Source of the DNA: the human T2T-CHM13v2.0 reference genome, Homo sapiens | DNA: 64,000 nt | Reading direction: 5' to 3' (one strand) | NCBI RefSeq assembly: GCF_009914755.1 | Contig: NC_060941.1 | Shown here: positions 61,901 through 64,000 of the stretch, piece by piece | How the letters are laid out: every line of letters begins with the position of its first letter | How positions within the stretch are numbered: position 1 is the first letter of the stretch | Made by a program: the position numbers and the translations under genes | The notes under the pieces: model-generated | The model's input: the letters and a program-made list of their open reading frames with translations, nothing else | Told to the model about the DNA's origin: nothing | Database searches by the model: none

Positions 61901-62213
61901 GATCAGTTTTTCTTTTACCTCTTTCTCAGTTTTTTTTTACATCTTATAATTTTTTTTTCATGTCTTGTTCTTGATTGTTTCTTGAATGGAAGCTTTGGTT
62001 ATAGATCATCACCTGGTGGGCTTGGCTTTACTTTTCTGTGAGTATTTTGAGAGCTAGCTCTTAGGCCAGGAATATTACCAATGCTAGAATTAGTAGAGCC
62101 AAAATTCACCTTAGGAAGCCTGGTTCTCTCCAGATGTGTTTGTTCTCTTTGAAGACATGCCCCCTTTTTATTTTAGGGGAAGAATAAAGAGGAAAAGTGG
62201 AATTAACTAGACC

Positions 62214-62367
<154 letters not shown>

Positions 62368-62529
62368 TAGAAAGAAGTTTAATTAACTCTGGTTTCTAGG
62401 CCTTCATTTCTTCTGACCATGAATTCTCTCTGATCCAGTGTTCTATTGGGACCATGATTTGTCCCTCATATTCACTGCATGCCTGCCTCCTACCATGTGT
62501 TATAGGTTATAGTTTTTTCTGTTTATTTT

Positions 62530-62900
62530 TAAACCTTTTATTATGGAAAATTGCATACCTACCCAAAAGTAAAGTGGTAGATGAATCTGTCTTTACTGTC
62601 AATCAGCTTTAACAGCTTCAACAGTTAATAGCATGGCCAATGTTGTTTTATCTTTTCCTTCAACCCCTTAGTTTTAACCAAATCTCAGATGTTATGCAAT
62701 CTACAAATATTTTAGTATGCATTTATAAAAGATAAGAGCTGCTTTTAAAAGACATAATCATAGTACCATTGCTACATCTAGTAGAATAAATCTTTAATAT
62801 CATCAAATAAGCAGATGACCTCATTAGTTTTTTTATTTTTAATAGTTTGAAGTGAGGTCTATACAAGGTCCTGCATTCTATGCAGTTAGCTGATCAGTCT
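62530..62900 (-). mobile_element. Old L1ME/MC 3'-end relic
   Basis: TTTTATTATGGAAAATTGCA..CCTACCCAAAAGTA...CATGGCCAATGTTGTTTTATC. Confidence 0.55.
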
Positions 62901-63878
62901 TTTAAACTAGAGTTCCTTCTCTTGAAATCGATTAGTTTTTCTTTGTGATACATTTTTATCTACTCAGGCATTCAGAAATTTAATTCTTTTAATTTATTGC
63001 TTATTTCCTTAAAAAAAGGATTTTTGGGGGGATCTTGGAGGATGAGGAGACAACCTGAACAGGAAACCTTGATTTTTAATTATCAATGATTAAAATTAGA
63101 AATATTTTTGACAGAAAATGCATATTATAATAGAGACTCTTGTACCCACTAACATTTTTTCCCTTGGCTTTTAAAATGAAAGATTAAACTGGATAGCCAA
63201 AGAGTACAAAGAAAAAGCAAAGGAAAAATGTGTGGCTACCTTTTAAATTTTCATCAGGTTTGGATTCTACTAAACACTATAAATCTTTTTGATACTCTAG
63301 GGATATTCTTATAAATGTGGCCAGCTTGTGTTAAAATCATGTTGTGTATATGAATTTGACAAACAGAAGTAGATATTCTGTTAAACATTCTGTGTTTTCA
63401 TGATAGTGAGTTATGGTTGAGTGCTCTCAGTGTACTGAGTCGTTTAGAATATATTCAGTACAATTGTTATTCTGAAAGAACATCCCTTTTATCTTCATAA
63501 CATATCACAATTGTCAAGAAAAAACACTAGCTTAAAAGTTAACACTGGAAATAAATAGTGGTGGATGCAGATAACATTTTGGGGCTTAAGAGTTTTGGAA
63601 CCACACGTTTTAAGTTTAAAGTGCTCTCTTTAGACCAGAGGATCTCTAGGATTTCCCTTATCTTTGTTTATTACATTGGAACAGACAGAGACTCAGTTGT
63701 GCTATAGAACATCTAGGAGTAGTTTAAAGAGGTTTCAAAGTCCCTAGTTAATAACTAATATTCCTCGTATTTCTTGATGAGCCTTCTCAGTAGAACTTTA
63801 TCTTAAAACTTAGAATTTCTTCTTCTCTTGGTTAAATTGTGAGAACTGTGTCTTATAAACGTTGCTGTCTTAGAATTA

Positions 63879-64000
<122 letters not shown>

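Overview
Human (primate) genomic DNA, recognised from sequence as the 17p12 ZNF18-MAP2K4 interval. A CpG island at ~1.1-1.7 kb is the promoter and non-coding first exon of a minus-strand gene, probably ZNF18 (identified from recalled gene order, not from coding sequence). A ~23 kb Alu-dense spacer follows and contains a disabled RPL21 processed pseudogene. The 5' end of MAP2K4 (MKK4/SEK1/JNKK1) lies on the + strand: CpG-island promoter, coding exon 1 (24869-24983), a 33-nt in-frame alternative microexon (36248-36280) and exon 2 (58879-58981); the kinase domain is beyond the window. The rest is intronic or intergenic sequence with Alu, L1, L2, MIR, MER and LTR relics. Almost all ORFs in the supplied track are spurious (Alu-derived or GC-rich). 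I found no evidence of a wholly new biological system. The best second-look items are: splicing features around the MKK4 docking site (microexon, candidate poison exons, an AG|GT re-splicing motif, inverted Alus), a locally templated insertion inside an Alu, an RPL21-Alu junction lacking target-site duplications (TSDs), and a perfect 27-bp VNTR with p53-like half-sites. Repeat boundaries and subfamily names are by-eye estimates.
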